The position numbers and the translations under genes were made by a program. This document shows, piece after piece, positions 30,377 to 40,715 of a DNA stretch of 64,000 bases (position 1 is its first letter; each line of letters begins with the position of its first letter). This stretch comes from an uncultured Lachnospiraceae bacterium (lineage in GTDB: Bacteria; Bacillota; Clostridia; Lachnospirales; Lachnospiraceae). The notes under the pieces are model-generated. The model saw only the letters and a list, made by a program, of their open reading frames with translations, was not told where the DNA came from and searched no databases. The stretch lies in the NCBI GenBank assembly GCA_950097145.1, contig CATNCF010000010.1, positions 536-64,535 on the forward strand, in the 5' to 3' direction.

Positions 30377-30662
30377 GGTTTTTAGGTTCTTTATGCAGTT
30401 ATAGCTGACTGTCTGTCAATGGCGGTTTCTGATAAAGTTTGCGCTCAACAAATTTCTTTTCAAGTGCAAGCTGCTTTTTAACCGCTTCAATGTCATTTTC
30501 TTCTGTAATCATCTCAAGCCGTTCGATTAGTTCAAGCTGATCCAGTAGATAGCCATTATATTCTTTTTCATTATTTGGCATACAATCACCTGCTTTCTAT
30601 AGCCTGTTTATATGGTAGTTTTATTATACCAGACACAAGGTTTAGGTGTAAAGTTTTTATTC
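30356..30662 (-). mobile_element. Small-gene cassette 2 bounded by a 16/18 inverted repeat
   Basis: CAATAACAACTTTACACC (30356-30373) and GGTGTAAAGTTTTTATTC (30645-30662); mobility is inferred. Confidence 0.5.
30399..30581 (-). CDS. 60-aa charged helical hypothetical protein (cassette 2 payload)
   Basis: RBS AAAGCAGGTGA, promoter TTTACA-N18-(TGG)TATAAT (30623-30652), downstream terminator. Confidence 0.8.
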   Translation of the reverse strand: MPNNEKEYNGYLLDQLELIERLEMITEENDIEAVKKQLALEKKFVERKLYQKPPLTDSQL

Positions 30663-31142
30663 ATATTTTGATGTCAATCGTTACATTTACAAATATATGG
30701 GGATTGAGTGTACTATTACATGCAATACTAAATAGCATATTGTATGCATATAAATTACAACTATTCAATGCTACGACAAATTCTAATATATGGTTTATAC
30801 TTGCCCAGCCGTGACATGATACATTTACCATTGTTTGAACAGATTCAATGAAATTATAGTTTTAAGATACTGGTTTAGAATGTCCCTGTGACGCTCCGTA
30901 AGGCGCATACAAGGGTTTATTGTTGATTAGTATAGGAGATAAAATAATGCTGAAAATGATAGATTCAGACACTAAAAAACCCGCAACTGACGAATTGGTT
31001 TTATCAGTTATGGACTTTTGATAATGTCCAAATATTTAATTAAATGATGTGAAGGATCATTCCTTTCTTACTGCTCACAAAATAAGAACTTATATTCTGG
31101 TTACCTAACTTCTGAAACCCTTATTTTTATCAGCTTTATAAA

Positions 31143-31215
31143 AGCTGCTGACGGGAATCGGACCCGTGACCTCCGCACTACCAATGCGACGCTCTACCGA
31201 CTGAGCCACAGCAGC
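31143..31215 (-). tRNA. tRNA-Thr (GGT)
   Basis: Cloverleaf GCTGCTG acceptor stem, anticodon loop TT-GGT-AG; CCA not encoded; upstream TTGACA-N17-TATATT (31251-31279). Confidence 0.95.
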
Positions 31216-31298
31216 GTTTCCTGTTGTCTGGATATCCAAACGACTTGTTTAATATACTATATTTTTATATAATTGTCAATTATTTTTTACAAATTTTT

Positions 31299-31907
31299 TC
31301 ATACTTTTTTAAGAATTTTTCCCCGAATGCGCTGCAGCGCATTGTCAATTGCTTTTGGTTCTTTTTCCAATTCCTCTGCAATCTGCCTGTAGTTCATCCC
31401 CCTGAAATATAGCTGCAGCACCTGCTGTTCAAAAGAACTCAAATTCTTTTTCAGCTTCTCCTGGACAGCCCTGGTATTCTCCTGGTCAATCAGAAGCTGT
31501 TCCGGATTGGCATTCTCAAAAGATTCCAGGATATCGAGGAGGGTTCCTTCTCCCTCCTGCCCCATCTCTGCATTCAGGGAAACATAAGTATTCAAAGGCT
31601 GGTGCTTTTTCCGCTGGGATGCCTCCACCGCGTGATAAATCTGTCTGGTAATACAAAGATCGGCAAAACGATAAAAAGAGACATCACGCTCCATCTGAAA
31701 ATCCCGGATAGCCTTAAACAGTCCAATCATTCCTTCCTGGATCAAATCATCTGTATCTCCCCCCATCAGAAACATGGCATTGGCACGTTTTCTCACCAGA
31801 TTCTTATACTTATCCATGATATAGTCTGTAATTTCCTCCTGACCGCAGCGAAGCTGCTCAATCAGGTCTTCATCTTTTATATTCTGATACTCTGTCTCTT
31901 TCTGCAA
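31299..31907 (-). CDS. sigH: RNA polymerase sigma factor SigH
   Basis: DDLIQEGMIGLFKAIRDF, RKKHQPLNTYVSL, KAIDNALQR; canonical position after cysS-mrnC-rlmB; TTG start. Confidence 0.92.
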   Translation of the reverse strand: MQKETEYQNIKDEDLIEQLRCGQEEITDYIMDKYKNLVRKRANAMFLMGGDTDDLIQEGMIGLFKAIRDFQMERDVSFYRFADLCITRQIYHAVEASQRKKHQPLNTYVSLNAEMGQEGEGTLLDILESFENANPEQLLIDQENTRAVQEKLKKNLSSFEQQVLQLYFRGMNYRQIAEELEKEPKAIDNALQRIRGKILKKV

Positions 31908-32011
31908 ATTGTTTCCCTCGGTATTTATAAATTGATTACAAAGGATAAAGCCGGCATGATATTCACTCCACGAAAGCTGACTTTATCCATTTACTTCGCT
32001 TCGCAAATGGA

Positions 32012-32749
32012 TCACAATCTCTGGCGCACAATTTCATAAGCAAGCACCCCCGCCGCCACAGAGGCATTCAAAGAATCAATCTCGCCTGCCATAGGGATCG
32101 ATGCGGTAAAATCACAATTTTCTTTTACCAGCTTGCTGACTCCTTCCCCCTCACTGCCGATCACCAGCCCGATAGGCCCTTTTAAATCCAGTTCGTACAT
32201 CGTAGTTCCATCCATATCTGCACAGACAAACCACATCCCCTTCTCTTTCAGCTCCTTAATAGTCTGTGAAAGGTTTGTCACCTTTGCCACAGGAGTATAA
32301 TTCAATGCGCCCGCTGAAGTCTTTGCCACCGTTGCAGTCAGTCCCACGGCTCTGCGCTTGGGAATAATGACGCCATGGGCGCCGGCGAGGTTTGCAGTAC
32401 GTATCACAGCCCCCAAGTTATGGGGATCTTCCATATTATCAAGCAAAATCAGAAAAGGCGCCTCATTCTTTTCTTCTGCTGCCCTTAGCATATCCTCTAC
32501 CTGGGCATATTCATAGGCCGCCGCAAACGCGAGAACTCCCTGATGCTTTTTTGTCTCAGAAAGCTGATCCAAACGCTCCTTTGCCACATAAGTTATAATG
32601 GTATCATGCTTTTTAGCCTCCCTGACAATGGACCTGACTGGCCCATCCTGACAGCCGTCTAGCACAAACAGCTTGTCTATCGTTTTACCGGAGCGGAATG
32701 CCTCCAGGACAGCATTCCTCCCTTCAATGGTTAATTCCTCGTATCGCAC
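32012..32749 (-). CDS. rlmB: 23S rRNA Gm2251 methyltransferase (TrmH family)
   Basis: EGRNAVLEA, HQGV, DPHNLGAVIRTA, GSEGEG, SLNASVA. Confidence 0.93.
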   Translation of the reverse strand: MRYEELTIEGRNAVLEAFRSGKTIDKLFVLDGCQDGPVRSIVREAKKHDTIITYVAKERLDQLSETKKHQGVLAFAAAYEYAQVEDMLRAAEEKNEAPFLILLDNMEDPHNLGAVIRTANLAGAHGVIIPKRRAVGLTATVAKTSAGALNYTPVAKVTNLSQTIKELKEKGMWFVCADMDGTTMYELDLKGPIGLVIGSEGEGVSKLVKENCDFTASIPMAGEIDSLNASVAAGVLAYEIVRQRL

Positions 32750-33186
32750 TCCCGTACTCCTTTCCCGATTTTCGCAAGTCCCTCCAAAATCAGCTCCATC
32801 ATTCGTTCCATCTGGTCTTCCAGATATAAATATCCCATCAGGGCCTCAAATCCTGTGGCTCTGCGGTACTCTCCCACAGTTGCATTCTTGGCTGTCGTGA
32901 AAGATTTTGCATTTCTGCCCCGCTTATACACAGCAAGCTCTTCCTCCGTCAATTCCTGCATCAGCGCTCCCGCAAGTTCAGACTGGGTTTGTGCCTTTAC
33001 AAGCTGGCTCGCCTGCTTATGCAGGCTGTTTACATGGGCGTTTCCTTTTCCCACCACCAATGAACGGATGATAAGTTCGTAAATTCCGTCTCCGATATAG
33101 GCAAGTACCAATGGCGAATAACTGCGGATATCCTGGCCTTCCATGCTAAATTTCTCTAAAAAATATGCATTTATGCCCTTTTCCAT
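32731..33186 (-). CDS. mrnC: Mini-ribonuclease III
   Basis: [33 protein letters not shown]. Confidence 0.93.
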   Translation of the reverse strand: MEKGINAYFLEKFSMEGQDIRSYSPLVLAYIGDGIYELIIRSLVVGKGNAHVNSLHKQASQLVKAQTQSELAGALMQELTEEELAVYKRGRNAKSFTTAKNATVGEYRRATGFEALMGYLYLEDQMERMMELILEGLAKIGKGVRECDTRN

Positions 33187-34577
33187 TTTACCCCTTCTCT
33201 GGTATCTTCTAACACAATTCCTTTGTTCAGCAGTATCCCGCGTATTTCATCGGCACGGGCAAAATTCCTTTCTTTTCTTGCTGCCTGACGTTCCTCAATG
33301 AGGTTTTCTATCTCTTCATCTAAAATTTCTTCGTTTTTCTCCAATATAATGCCTAAAATATCACAGAGCTGACCCAAACGGTTGTAAAGCCGCTCCAGAA
33401 GTTCCACAGAAGTTTCTTCGTTTACCCTGGTATTACTGTATTTTACCAGCTCAAATATGGAAGCTATGGCGTCTGCTGTGTTAAAATCATCGTCCATTGC
33501 TTTTTCAAATTTCTCTACAAACGCGCCGCTGCCGTTCCAGATTTCTTCTTCCTCTGCCGTCATGCCCTCATGTTTTGCATTCTTCTTTAAATGTTTCAGA
33601 TTCTCCGCCGCATTCACAATGCGTTCCAAACTGCTTTTTGCCGCCTCCATCAGTTCCGCACTGAAATTCAAAGGACTTCTGTAATGAGCGCTGAGCATGA
33701 AGAAACGAAGTACCTGTAAATCATATTTTTCACTGATCTCTCTTACTGTAAAGAAATTTCCCAGAGACTTTGACATTTTCTTATTATCAATATTCAGAAA
33801 TCCATTGTGAAGCCAGTATTTAGAAAAGATCTTGCCATTGCATGCCTCGCTCTGGGCAATTTCATTTTCATGGTGGGGGAAAATCAGATCCTCGCCGCCG
33901 GCATGGATATCAATTTCTTCTCCCAAGTATTTTTTCGCCATGACGGAACATTCGATATGCCAGCCCGGCCTGCCCTGACACCAGGGAGATTCCCAATAAG
34001 GTTCCCCTTCTTTCTTAGGCTTCCACAACACAAAATCCAGAGCGTCCTCCTTCTCCTCTCCCGTAACCTTGATTTCCCGGTGCCCAGCCTGCAGATCATC
34101 CAGATTCTTATGGGACAATTTACCGTATTCTTCAAATTTCCGTGTCCGGAAATAAACGGTCCCGTCTTTTGCCGGATAGGCAAACCCTTTGTCAATCAAC
34201 GTAGAAATCATTTCCAGCATTCCGTCAATTTCCTGAGTGGCAAGCGGATGGAGCGTGGCGGGCTTTACATTCATATCTGCCATGTCCTTTTTACACTCTT
34301 CAATATAACGGCTGGAGATTTCCTGAGCCGAAACGCCTTCCTCCACTGCCTTTTTGATAATTTTATCATCCACATCTGTAAAATTTGATACATAGTTCAC
34401 TTCATAGCCCTTGTATTCCATATAGCGGCGCACCGTATCAAATACAATCATAGGCCGTGCATTTCCAATATGGATAAAATTGTATACAGTGGGACCGCAC
34501 ACGTACATCTTTACCTTTCCTTCTTCCAAAGGCTGAAAGTCTTCCTTTTTTCTGCTTAATGTATTGTAAACCTTCAT
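33171..34577 (-). CDS. cysS: Cysteine-tRNA ligase
   Basis: [31 protein letters not shown]. Confidence 0.98.
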   Translation of the reverse strand: MKVYNTLSRKKEDFQPLEEGKVKMYVCGPTVYNFIHIGNARPMIVFDTVRRYMEYKGYEVNYVSNFTDVDDKIIKKAVEEGVSAQEISSRYIEECKKDMADMNVKPATLHPLATQEIDGMLEMISTLIDKGFAYPAKDGTVYFRTRKFEEYGKLSHKNLDDLQAGHREIKVTGEEKEDALDFVLWKPKKEGEPYWESPWCQGRPGWHIECSVMAKKYLGEEIDIHAGGEDLIFPHHENEIAQSEACNGKIFSKYWLHNGFLNIDNKKMSKSLGNFFTVREISEKYDLQVLRFFMLSAHYRSPLNFSAELMEAAKSSLERIVNAAENLKHLKKNAKHEGMTAEEEEIWNGSGAFVEKFEKAMDDDFNTADAIASIFELVKYSNTRVNEETSVELLERLYNRLGQLCDILGIILEKNEEILDEEIENLIEERQAARKERNFARADEIRGILLNKGIVLEDTREGVKWKRA

Positions 34578-35287
34578 GTATTCCTCCTGATTTCCTGCCT
34601 GTTCTTTTTTTCTGCCAGCGCCTGCTGTTCTTTCAGTTCCCGCAGCTCCTTCTCCAGATCAATCAGCTTATTGCACAATGCTGAATTCTCATGCTGAAGC
34701 ACAGTGATATCCTCCATCACAGGATCCGGAAGGTGAACCTGGTCCATATCGCTCCTTGGTACCTTAATATTGTCCCTCTTTACGATTCTTCCCGGCACGC
34801 CCACCACGGTGCAATTGGGCGGCACCTCTTCTAATACTACGCTTCCAGCTCCGATTTTGCTGTTTTCCCCAATGGTAAAAGAACCTATCACCTTAGCTCC
34901 TGCACTTACCATCACATTATCACAGAGAGTTGGGTGGCGTTTCCCAGTCTCCTTGCCAGTACCTCCCAGGGTAACTCCCTGGTAAAGCGTCACATTATCT
35001 CCTATAATCGTAGTCTCGCCAATAATCACACCGCTGCCATGATCAATGAAAAAGCCTCTCCCTATGACTGCCCCAGGATGAATCTCAATTCCTGTTTTCC
35101 GTGCAGCCTTCTGGGAAATCCTCCTTGCACGGAAGAAATGGCCTTTCAGATACTGCTTATGGGCCTTACGATAACTGAGCATCACCCGGAAGCTGGGATA
35201 CAAAAGTACTTCTAAGGGAGACTTGATGGATGGATCACGCTCCCGTATGATCTCATACTCTTCTCTGATCTGCTGAAACATTCCCAT
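34574..35287 (-). CDS. cysE: Serine O-acetyltransferase
   Basis: [29 protein letters not shown] hexapeptide repeats. Confidence 0.95.
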   Translation of the reverse strand: MGMFQQIREEYEIIRERDPSIKSPLEVLLYPSFRVMLSYRKAHKQYLKGHFFRARRISQKAARKTGIEIHPGAVIGRGFFIDHGSGVIIGETTIIGDNVTLYQGVTLGGTGKETGKRHPTLCDNVMVSAGAKVIGSFTIGENSKIGAGSVVLEEVPPNCTVVGVPGRIVKRDNIKVPRSDMDQVHLPDPVMEDITVLQHENSALCNKLIDLEKELRELKEQQALAEKKNRQEIRRNT

Positions 35288-35426
35288 ATCCTGAACGCTT
35301 CCTTTCTCATCTACAATGCTGTAACTTATTCAAAGTTAGTTTATGCAGAAACTTTGCTTTTGTCAATAAGAGAGCGAAAAAAGAATTTCGAAGCGCTCCG
35401 TATAAAGGGCATATGCTCTCCTTCTT

Positions 35427-36548
35427 TTATACCCACTCGTTCAAATATACAGAAACATCTTTCCATAATTCCTCTGTCAGTCTGGATATATCCAGTTCTA
35501 TCGTGGCTTCTTCCTCAGAAATCCGAAAGATTCTTCCTCCATCCCAGTCCAGGATAATCCGGTAACAGCCATTATTGGCTTCTATGACAGAATCCCTCAC
35601 TTTCACCTGGAACGTGCGGCGCGTCCTGCTTTTCAGCAAAGGCACAGTCTCTGTAAGGCTTGTAATGCGCACCATCATTTGTTCAAAAGGAAAAACTGCC
35701 CTGGAAACTGTATTTCCTGCTATTCCCGCTTCCTGCAAAGCTTCCTGGCTGATGATCATGCCTTCCTCCTCTGAGACATACTCATCCAGTAAAAGTTCCT
35801 TTATCTCTGCCCTGCCGCTGTCCTCTGGCTGTATGTTCCCGGTATCACTGACTGCAAAGGTAAGCATACCGCATAAAACTCCGCTGTGCAAAAGCAGCAG
35901 GATTCCCCCATGTTCTACCTTCGTTTCCTCCAGCAGGCGCTTATAATAATACCCGTCCCGGCTGATCACCAGATCATGACGCCTCATAAGAATCCCATTG
36001 GAAAATTCCACCATTGCCGGGATATCACCTTCCGCCGCCTCCTTCCACTTGAAACCTCTTTTTTCCTTCCCATAAGAAAAAGGCGCGTTTGCAGCCTTTA
36101 CCATTCCCTGTTCTTCTTTCTGGATGCCTGTCCGTTCCATATCTGGAAAAAAAACAAATCCCTGCCCTTGATAATAGGCAGGGTCTGCCGGAAGAAGGAA
36201 GGTAAAAGGCATTTTTCTCTGTTCCAGATCCCGCAGAAGATGCCACATGACCCGCCCCATCTTTCCCTGCCTGCGGCAGCCGGGGTCTGCCGCAACTGCC
36301 ACAAGATAGGGAATCCGTTCCTGTCTTCCATTCATCCAGATCTTATAAGGATTTAAGTGAATCATGACCTGGAAAAAACCATCCTTCACAGATGAGTTTC
36401 CTTCCATTACAAGAATCTCGTTATCCCTGGTTTTCCACTGATAATAATAGTCCACAAAAGCATTGGAATCTTCGGGAAAAGCAGTCTCATATAAACTCCT
36501 TGTGTTCTGCTTCTCCCACTGTTCCAAATAGTATATCCTGCCATCCAT
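35427..36548 (-). CDS. GNAT family (Eis-like) N-acetyltransferase
   Basis: VAADPGCRRQGKM acetyl-CoA motif, L-PA---YY--GF, C-terminal D----NNG SCP2-like region. Confidence 0.8.
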   Translation of the reverse strand: MDGRIYYLEQWEKQNTRSLYETAFPEDSNAFVDYYYQWKTRDNEILVMEGNSSVKDGFFQVMIHLNPYKIWMNGRQERIPYLVAVAADPGCRRQGKMGRVMWHLLRDLEQRKMPFTFLLPADPAYYQGQGFVFFPDMERTGIQKEEQGMVKAANAPFSYGKEKRGFKWKEAAEGDIPAMVEFSNGILMRRHDLVISRDGYYYKRLLEETKVEHGGILLLLHSGVLCGMLTFAVSDTGNIQPEDSGRAEIKELLLDEYVSEEEGMIISQEALQEAGIAGNTVSRAVFPFEQMMVRITSLTETVPLLKSRTRRTFQVKVRDSVIEANNGCYRIILDWDGGRIFRISEEEATIELDISRLTEELWKDVSVYLNEWV

Positions 36549-36549
36549 A

Positions 36550-37101
36550 TTACAATTCCTTTTGTTTTGCACATCCGCTGCAGGCGCCGCAGTTTTTGCC
36601 GCTGTCAAATGCTGTCATGCTTGCCTCATACAATCCTGCAAGGGAACAAACCGCCTGGGAAGAAATCCCTTCTTCCCTGCCGGTAAATCCAAGTTTCTCC
36701 TCTGTGGTCGCCTTAATATTAATCTGATGTCCTGCTATCTGCAGAACCCCCGCAATATTGTGTTCCATCTCATCAATATAGGGGCGCAGCTTTGGCTTCT
36801 GGGCAATAATTGTGGCGTCAATATTCTCAATTACATAGCCCTGCCGTCCCACAAGCTCTGACACATGCGCCAGCAGCTTCAGACTGGAAATCCCCCGGTA
36901 TGCCGGATCTGTATCTGGAAAATGCTTTCCGATGTCCCCAAGCGCCGCTGCCCCAAGCAATGCATCCATCACTGCATGTACCAGCACATCTGCATCAGAG
37001 TGTCCGTCTAGACCCATAGTATGGGGAATTTCCACACCGCCCAGAATCAGCTTCCTGCCTGGGGTCAGCCTGTGCACATCATATCCAATTCCAACTCTCA
37101 T
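36550..37101 (-). CDS. ispF: 2-C-methyl-D-erythritol 2,4-cyclodiphosphate synthase
   Basis: [39 protein letters not shown]. Confidence 0.97.
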   Translation of the reverse strand: MRVGIGYDVHRLTPGRKLILGGVEIPHTMGLDGHSDADVLVHAVMDALLGAAALGDIGKHFPDTDPAYRGISSLKLLAHVSELVGRQGYVIENIDATIIAQKPKLRPYIDEMEHNIAGVLQIAGHQINIKATTEEKLGFTGREEGISSQAVCSLAGLYEASMTAFDSGKNCGACSGCAKQKEL

Positions 37102-37106
37102 ATTCT

Positions 37107-37631
37107 TTATTTACCTTCATACGTAATCAGGCTGTCTATTTCAAAGCCTTTTAGTCGTTCTCTTCCTTTTAACCCGGCAAGCTCCATGACAAAGCAGATT
37201 TTTACCACTTCACCGCCAAGCTGTTCAATCATGCCGATAATCGCCTCGATGGTTCCTCCGGTGGCAATGAGGTCGTCAATGATAACCACCTTCTGGCCTG
37301 GCCGGATAGCGTCCTTATGTATCTCAATCGTTGCGCTTCCATATTCCAGGTCATATTCTGCACTCAGTGTCTCACGGGGAAGTTTCCCTTTTTTGCGGAC
37401 TGGCACAAAGCCCTTATGGGCTTCGTATGCCACCGGAACTCCGAAGATAAATCCTCTGGATTCTGGTCCCACTACCACATCATATTCCACATCTTTCAGG
37501 CTTTCCAGAAGTCCGTCAATAGCAAGTTTTAAGCCGTCCGCTTCCTGCAGAATGCTGGTTACATCCCTGAAAATAATTCCCGGTTCTGGGAAATCCGGAA
37601 TGCTTACTACATATTCTTCTAATTTTTTCAT
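37107..37631 (-). CDS. apt: Adenine phosphoribosyltransferase
   Basis: [38 protein letters not shown]. Confidence 0.97.
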   Translation of the reverse strand: MKKLEEYVVSIPDFPEPGIIFRDVTSILQEADGLKLAIDGLLESLKDVEYDVVVGPESRGFIFGVPVAYEAHKGFVPVRKKGKLPRETLSAEYDLEYGSATIEIHKDAIRPGQKVVIIDDLIATGGTIEAIIGMIEQLGGEVVKICFVMELAGLKGRERLKGFEIDSLITYEGK

Positions 37632-37689
37632 AATTTTATCCTCCGTTTTTATTACTTCAATTGATTAAGACGCTTTTGTCTCCCGAATC

Positions 37690-38793
37690 TTAATTTAAAA
37701 GTTCCCCTGCACACTGTAATGCCGCCTCTACCGTATCGTCCATATCATAATACTTATACTGTCCCAGCCTTCCTCCAAAGACTACATTTCCTTCCTTCCT
37801 GGCAAGTTCCTGATATCTTTCATAAAGTTTGGCATTTTTCTCATCGTTCATGGGATAATAAGGCTCGTCCCCCTTCTTCCATTCTTTGGGGTATTCCCGG
37901 GTAATCACCGTCTTTTCCTGCGTCCCATACTCAAAATGCTTATGTTCGATGATTCTGGTATAGGGCACTTCATATTCTGTATAATTCACCACCGCATTTC
38001 CCTGATAGTTCTCCTGTTCCAGAAGTTCCGTCTCAAAACGCAGGGAACGGTATTCCAGTTCTCCATAACAATAACCGAAATATTCATCAATCATTCCCGT
38101 ATAAATCACCGTATCTGCCAAATCTTTATACATTTCCTGCTTTTCCAGAAAGTTTTCATTCAGGCGGACTTCTGTTCCCTCCAGCATCCGCTCCACCATC
38201 TTGGTGTAGCCGCCCACAGGAATTCCCTGAAACTTGTCATTAAAATAATTATTATCATAAGTAAAACGCACTGGCAGGCGTTTGATAATGAATGCCGGCA
38301 GCTCAGCGGCCCGCCTGCCCCACTGTTTCTCTGTATATCCTTTTACTAATTTTGTATAGACATCCGGCCCTACCAGGTTGATTGCCTGTTCTTCTAAATT
38401 CTTGGGCTCCGCCACAGAATATTCCCGCTTCTGCTGTTCAATCTTCTCCTGTGCCTCCTTAGGCGTAACCACTCCCCATAATCTGTTAAAGGTGTTCATA
38501 TTAAAAGGCATATTATAAATCTCGCCCTTATAATTTGCCACCGGGGAATTGGTGTAACGGTTAAATTCTGCAAACCTGCCCACATAGTCCCACACCACTT
38601 TGTTTGAAGTATGAAAAATATGGGCGCCGTATTCATGAACCTGTATGCCTTCCACTTCCCTGGTATAAATATTCCCTGCTATGTGATCTCTTTTATCTAT
38701 CACAAGGCATTTCTTTCCTGCCGCTCTTGCCTCCTGGGCAAATACTGCTCCAAACAACCCTGCTCCCACAATCAAATAATCGTATGTTTTCAT
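37690..38793 (-). CDS. glf: UDP-galactopyranose mutase
   Basis: IVGAGLFG, YGAHIFHT, YTEKQWG, TRIIEHKHF, EPYYP, GRLGQYKYYDMD; start moved to MKTYDYL (AAGGAG RBS). Confidence 0.96.
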   Translation of the reverse strand: MKTYDYLIVGAGLFGAVFAQEARAAGKKCLVIDKRDHIAGNIYTREVEGIQVHEYGAHIFHTSNKVVWDYVGRFAEFNRYTNSPVANYKGEIYNMPFNMNTFNRLWGVVTPKEAQEKIEQQKREYSVAEPKNLEEQAINLVGPDVYTKLVKGYTEKQWGRRAAELPAFIIKRLPVRFTYDNNYFNDKFQGIPVGGYTKMVERMLEGTEVRLNENFLEKQEMYKDLADTVIYTGMIDEYFGYCYGELEYRSLRFETELLEQENYQGNAVVNYTEYEVPYTRIIEHKHFEYGTQEKTVITREYPKEWKKGDEPYYPMNDEKNAKLYERYQELARKEGNVVFGGRLGQYKYYDMDDTVEAALQCAGELLN

Positions 38794-39090
38794 CTGCTGC
38801 TCCTTATTCTGCTTTTTCATCATATCTGTCTGCATACAAATCTTACAGCATGTATGCTTTGCCTTCCTTATATAGTATAGTATATGCTCTTTTTTTATAC
38901 AAGTTATTTCTTCGCTCTTATCCATTAATCTATACATTTGTGAATATCCCATCAACAAACATTTTCCTATCTTTTTCGACGGCAGTCTCCTGAATTCTCC
39001 ATAATAGACCAGCATTCCTGTTTAATTCTTTGCGTTATCTTAACACCAATTTTTCCCATGTTCTGCTATAATATGATTGAGGTGATAAAT

Positions 39091-39255
39091 ATGACATCTA
39101 ATAGTATAGTAAATAATAACGCCATTGAGTTAATGGAACAATTACAAACAGAAAACACCCATTTGATGGAAGAAAACAAAAAGCTGAGTGAAACAGTAGA
39201 CTGGATGCATGACATGATCTGGAGGCTTGTGCACACACAGCATTCGGAAAACTAA
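39091..39255 (+). CDS. 54-aa coiled-coil hypothetical protein
   Basis: GAGGTG RBS 6 nt before ATG, TG-n-TATAAT just upstream, heptad pattern. Confidence 0.65.
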   Translation: MTSNSIVNNNAIELMEQLQTENTHLMEENKKLSETVDWMHDMIWRLVHTQHSEN

Positions 39256-39314
39256 CAGTTTACTTGCTGGACAAGTGTCCGGCAAGTCTTTTTTTACCAT
39301 ATTGGCAATCCACC

Positions 39315-40715
39315 TCAAATACAGCATTTGTATATCTTATCTGCAATTTCATCTGCCTTCGTTATATCTACGGAAGAATAATTCATAACATATATATTTT
39401 CCGGCTTCCTAGTCTGCCCATAATAATAGAAAGACAGCGGAACCAGCTTAATTCCCCGGGTTCTGGCACGCTCCAGAAACGACGCTTCTGAAATCTGGGT
39501 ATGGACAGTCATCAGAAAATGAAGCCCTGCCTCTTCTCCTGAGATGGAAATCATGTCTCTTTGTGTTCTTTTTTGAAGCGCTTCCAATAAACTGTCTCTT
39601 TTCCTGCGGTAGTAATTTCTTAAACGGTTGATATGATTTTCAAACTTTCCCTCCTGAATAAATTTTGCAAGGGTATACTGCTCGAAATTGGAGACAGTAC
39701 AGGAATAAAACGATAATTTTTCATAAAATTGTGATAAAAGCTGTTCTGGCAGTACCATGTAGCTGATTCGGACAGTGGAACAAAGTGTTTTAGTAAAAGT
39801 ATTCATATAAATCACACTTCCTGACATATCTATACTCTGCAGCGTGGGAATGGGCCTGCCGCTTAACCGCAGCTCACTGTCATAATCATCTTCAATAATA
39901 AAACGCCCTTCTTCTCTGGAGGCCCAGCCCAAAAGTTCGTACCGTCTGCTGATAGGCATGATAATCCCAGTGGGATACTGGTGGGACGGCGTAATATGTA
40001 CAATATCCGCCTGCTGGTTTTCCAGATCAGAAGTACATACGCCTGCCTGATCCATGGCAATCCATCTGCAGGGAACACCGTAACTGCCGTATATCTTCTC
40101 AAGTTTGCGGTAACCCGGGTTTTCCACGGCATAAACCTTTTCCCTTCCCAAAAGCTGAATCAGAAGCCCATAAAGGTATTCTGTTCCGGCGCCGATAATA
40201 ATCTGTTCCGGCTTTACATGCATATCCCGAAACGCTTTCAGATAACCTGCAATACTCTCCCGCAGCGCCAGAATCCCTCCGCAGGCTGAATTGGTCATCA
40301 ACTGGACGCGGCTGTCATTTAACACCTCCCGGATCACTTTAGACCAGATGGTGAATGGAAAAAGGCCAGTCTCTGTCTGATTGCTGGAAAAATCTGCCAG
40401 CCATCCCCCCTCCTCTCCTGTCAGGGAAACCATTTCACTGTGAAGCACAGTGTTCTCCTCCTGTACAGGATATTTAAAATCAGATACATAAAAGCCTTTT
40501 TTGGGAATGGAATAAATATATCCTTCCGCCATAAGCTGGGCATATGCGTTTTCTACTGTCATGACACTGACCCCCAGATTTTTTGCAAACTGCCGCTTCG
40601 AGGGCAGCTTATCCCCCGCTTTTAAAACCCCCTGGATAATATCATGTTTCATACTTTTGCCCAAAAATTCATATAAAGAATCTGACCCTGAATTTGCTAT
40701 ATTATAAGTAATCAT
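39315..40715 (-). CDS. pdxR: MocR/GabR family PLP-dependent regulator
   Basis: GntR wHTH KLPSKR...TVENAYAQL-AEGY plus aminotransferase-like domain (TPSHQYPTG, IEDDYDSE); divergent from pdxST. Confidence 0.9.
   Translation of the reverse strand: MITYNIANSGSDSLYEFLGKSMKHDIIQGVLKAGDKLPSKRQFAKNLGVSVMTVENAYAQLMAEGYIYSIPKKGFYVSDFKYPVQEENTVLHSEMVSLTGEEGGWLADFSSNQTETGLFPFTIWSKVIREVLNDSRVQLMTNSACGGILALRESIAGYLKAFRDMHVKPEQIIIGAGTEYLYGLLIQLLGREKVYAVENPGYRKLEKIYGSYGVPCRWIAMDQAGVCTSDLENQQADIVHITPSHQYPTGIIMPISRRYELLGWASREEGRFIIEDDYDSELRLSGRPIPTLQSIDMSGSVIYMNTFTKTLCSTVRISYMVLPEQLLSQFYEKLSFYSCTVSNFEQYTLAKFIQEGKFENHINRLRNYYRRKRDSLLEALQKRTQRDMISISGEEAGLHFLMTVHTQISEASFLERARTRGIKLVPLSFYYYGQTRKPENIYVMNYSSVDITKADEIADKIYKCCI

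Noticed and set aside
29677-30662. Cassette repeats as a CRISPR array or as classic type I toxin-antitoxin loci
   Set aside because: The repeats are inverted and ~300 bp apart with no cas genes. The peptides are charged rather than hydrophobic. I found no convincing -10 box 17 bp after the plus-strand TTTACA copies that would drive an antisense RNA.
35288-35426. T-box riboswitch before cysE-cysS (also sought before ilvB and ilvE)
   Set aside because: No T-box consensus seen, and the intergenic spaces are too short.
38794-39015. Long N-terminal extensions in the ORF track (glf; likewise ilvA, rnc, ackA, glgP, beta-helix gene)
   Set aside because: Downstream starts generally have better RBSs and match family N-termini; the extensions are artefacts of longest-ORF calling.
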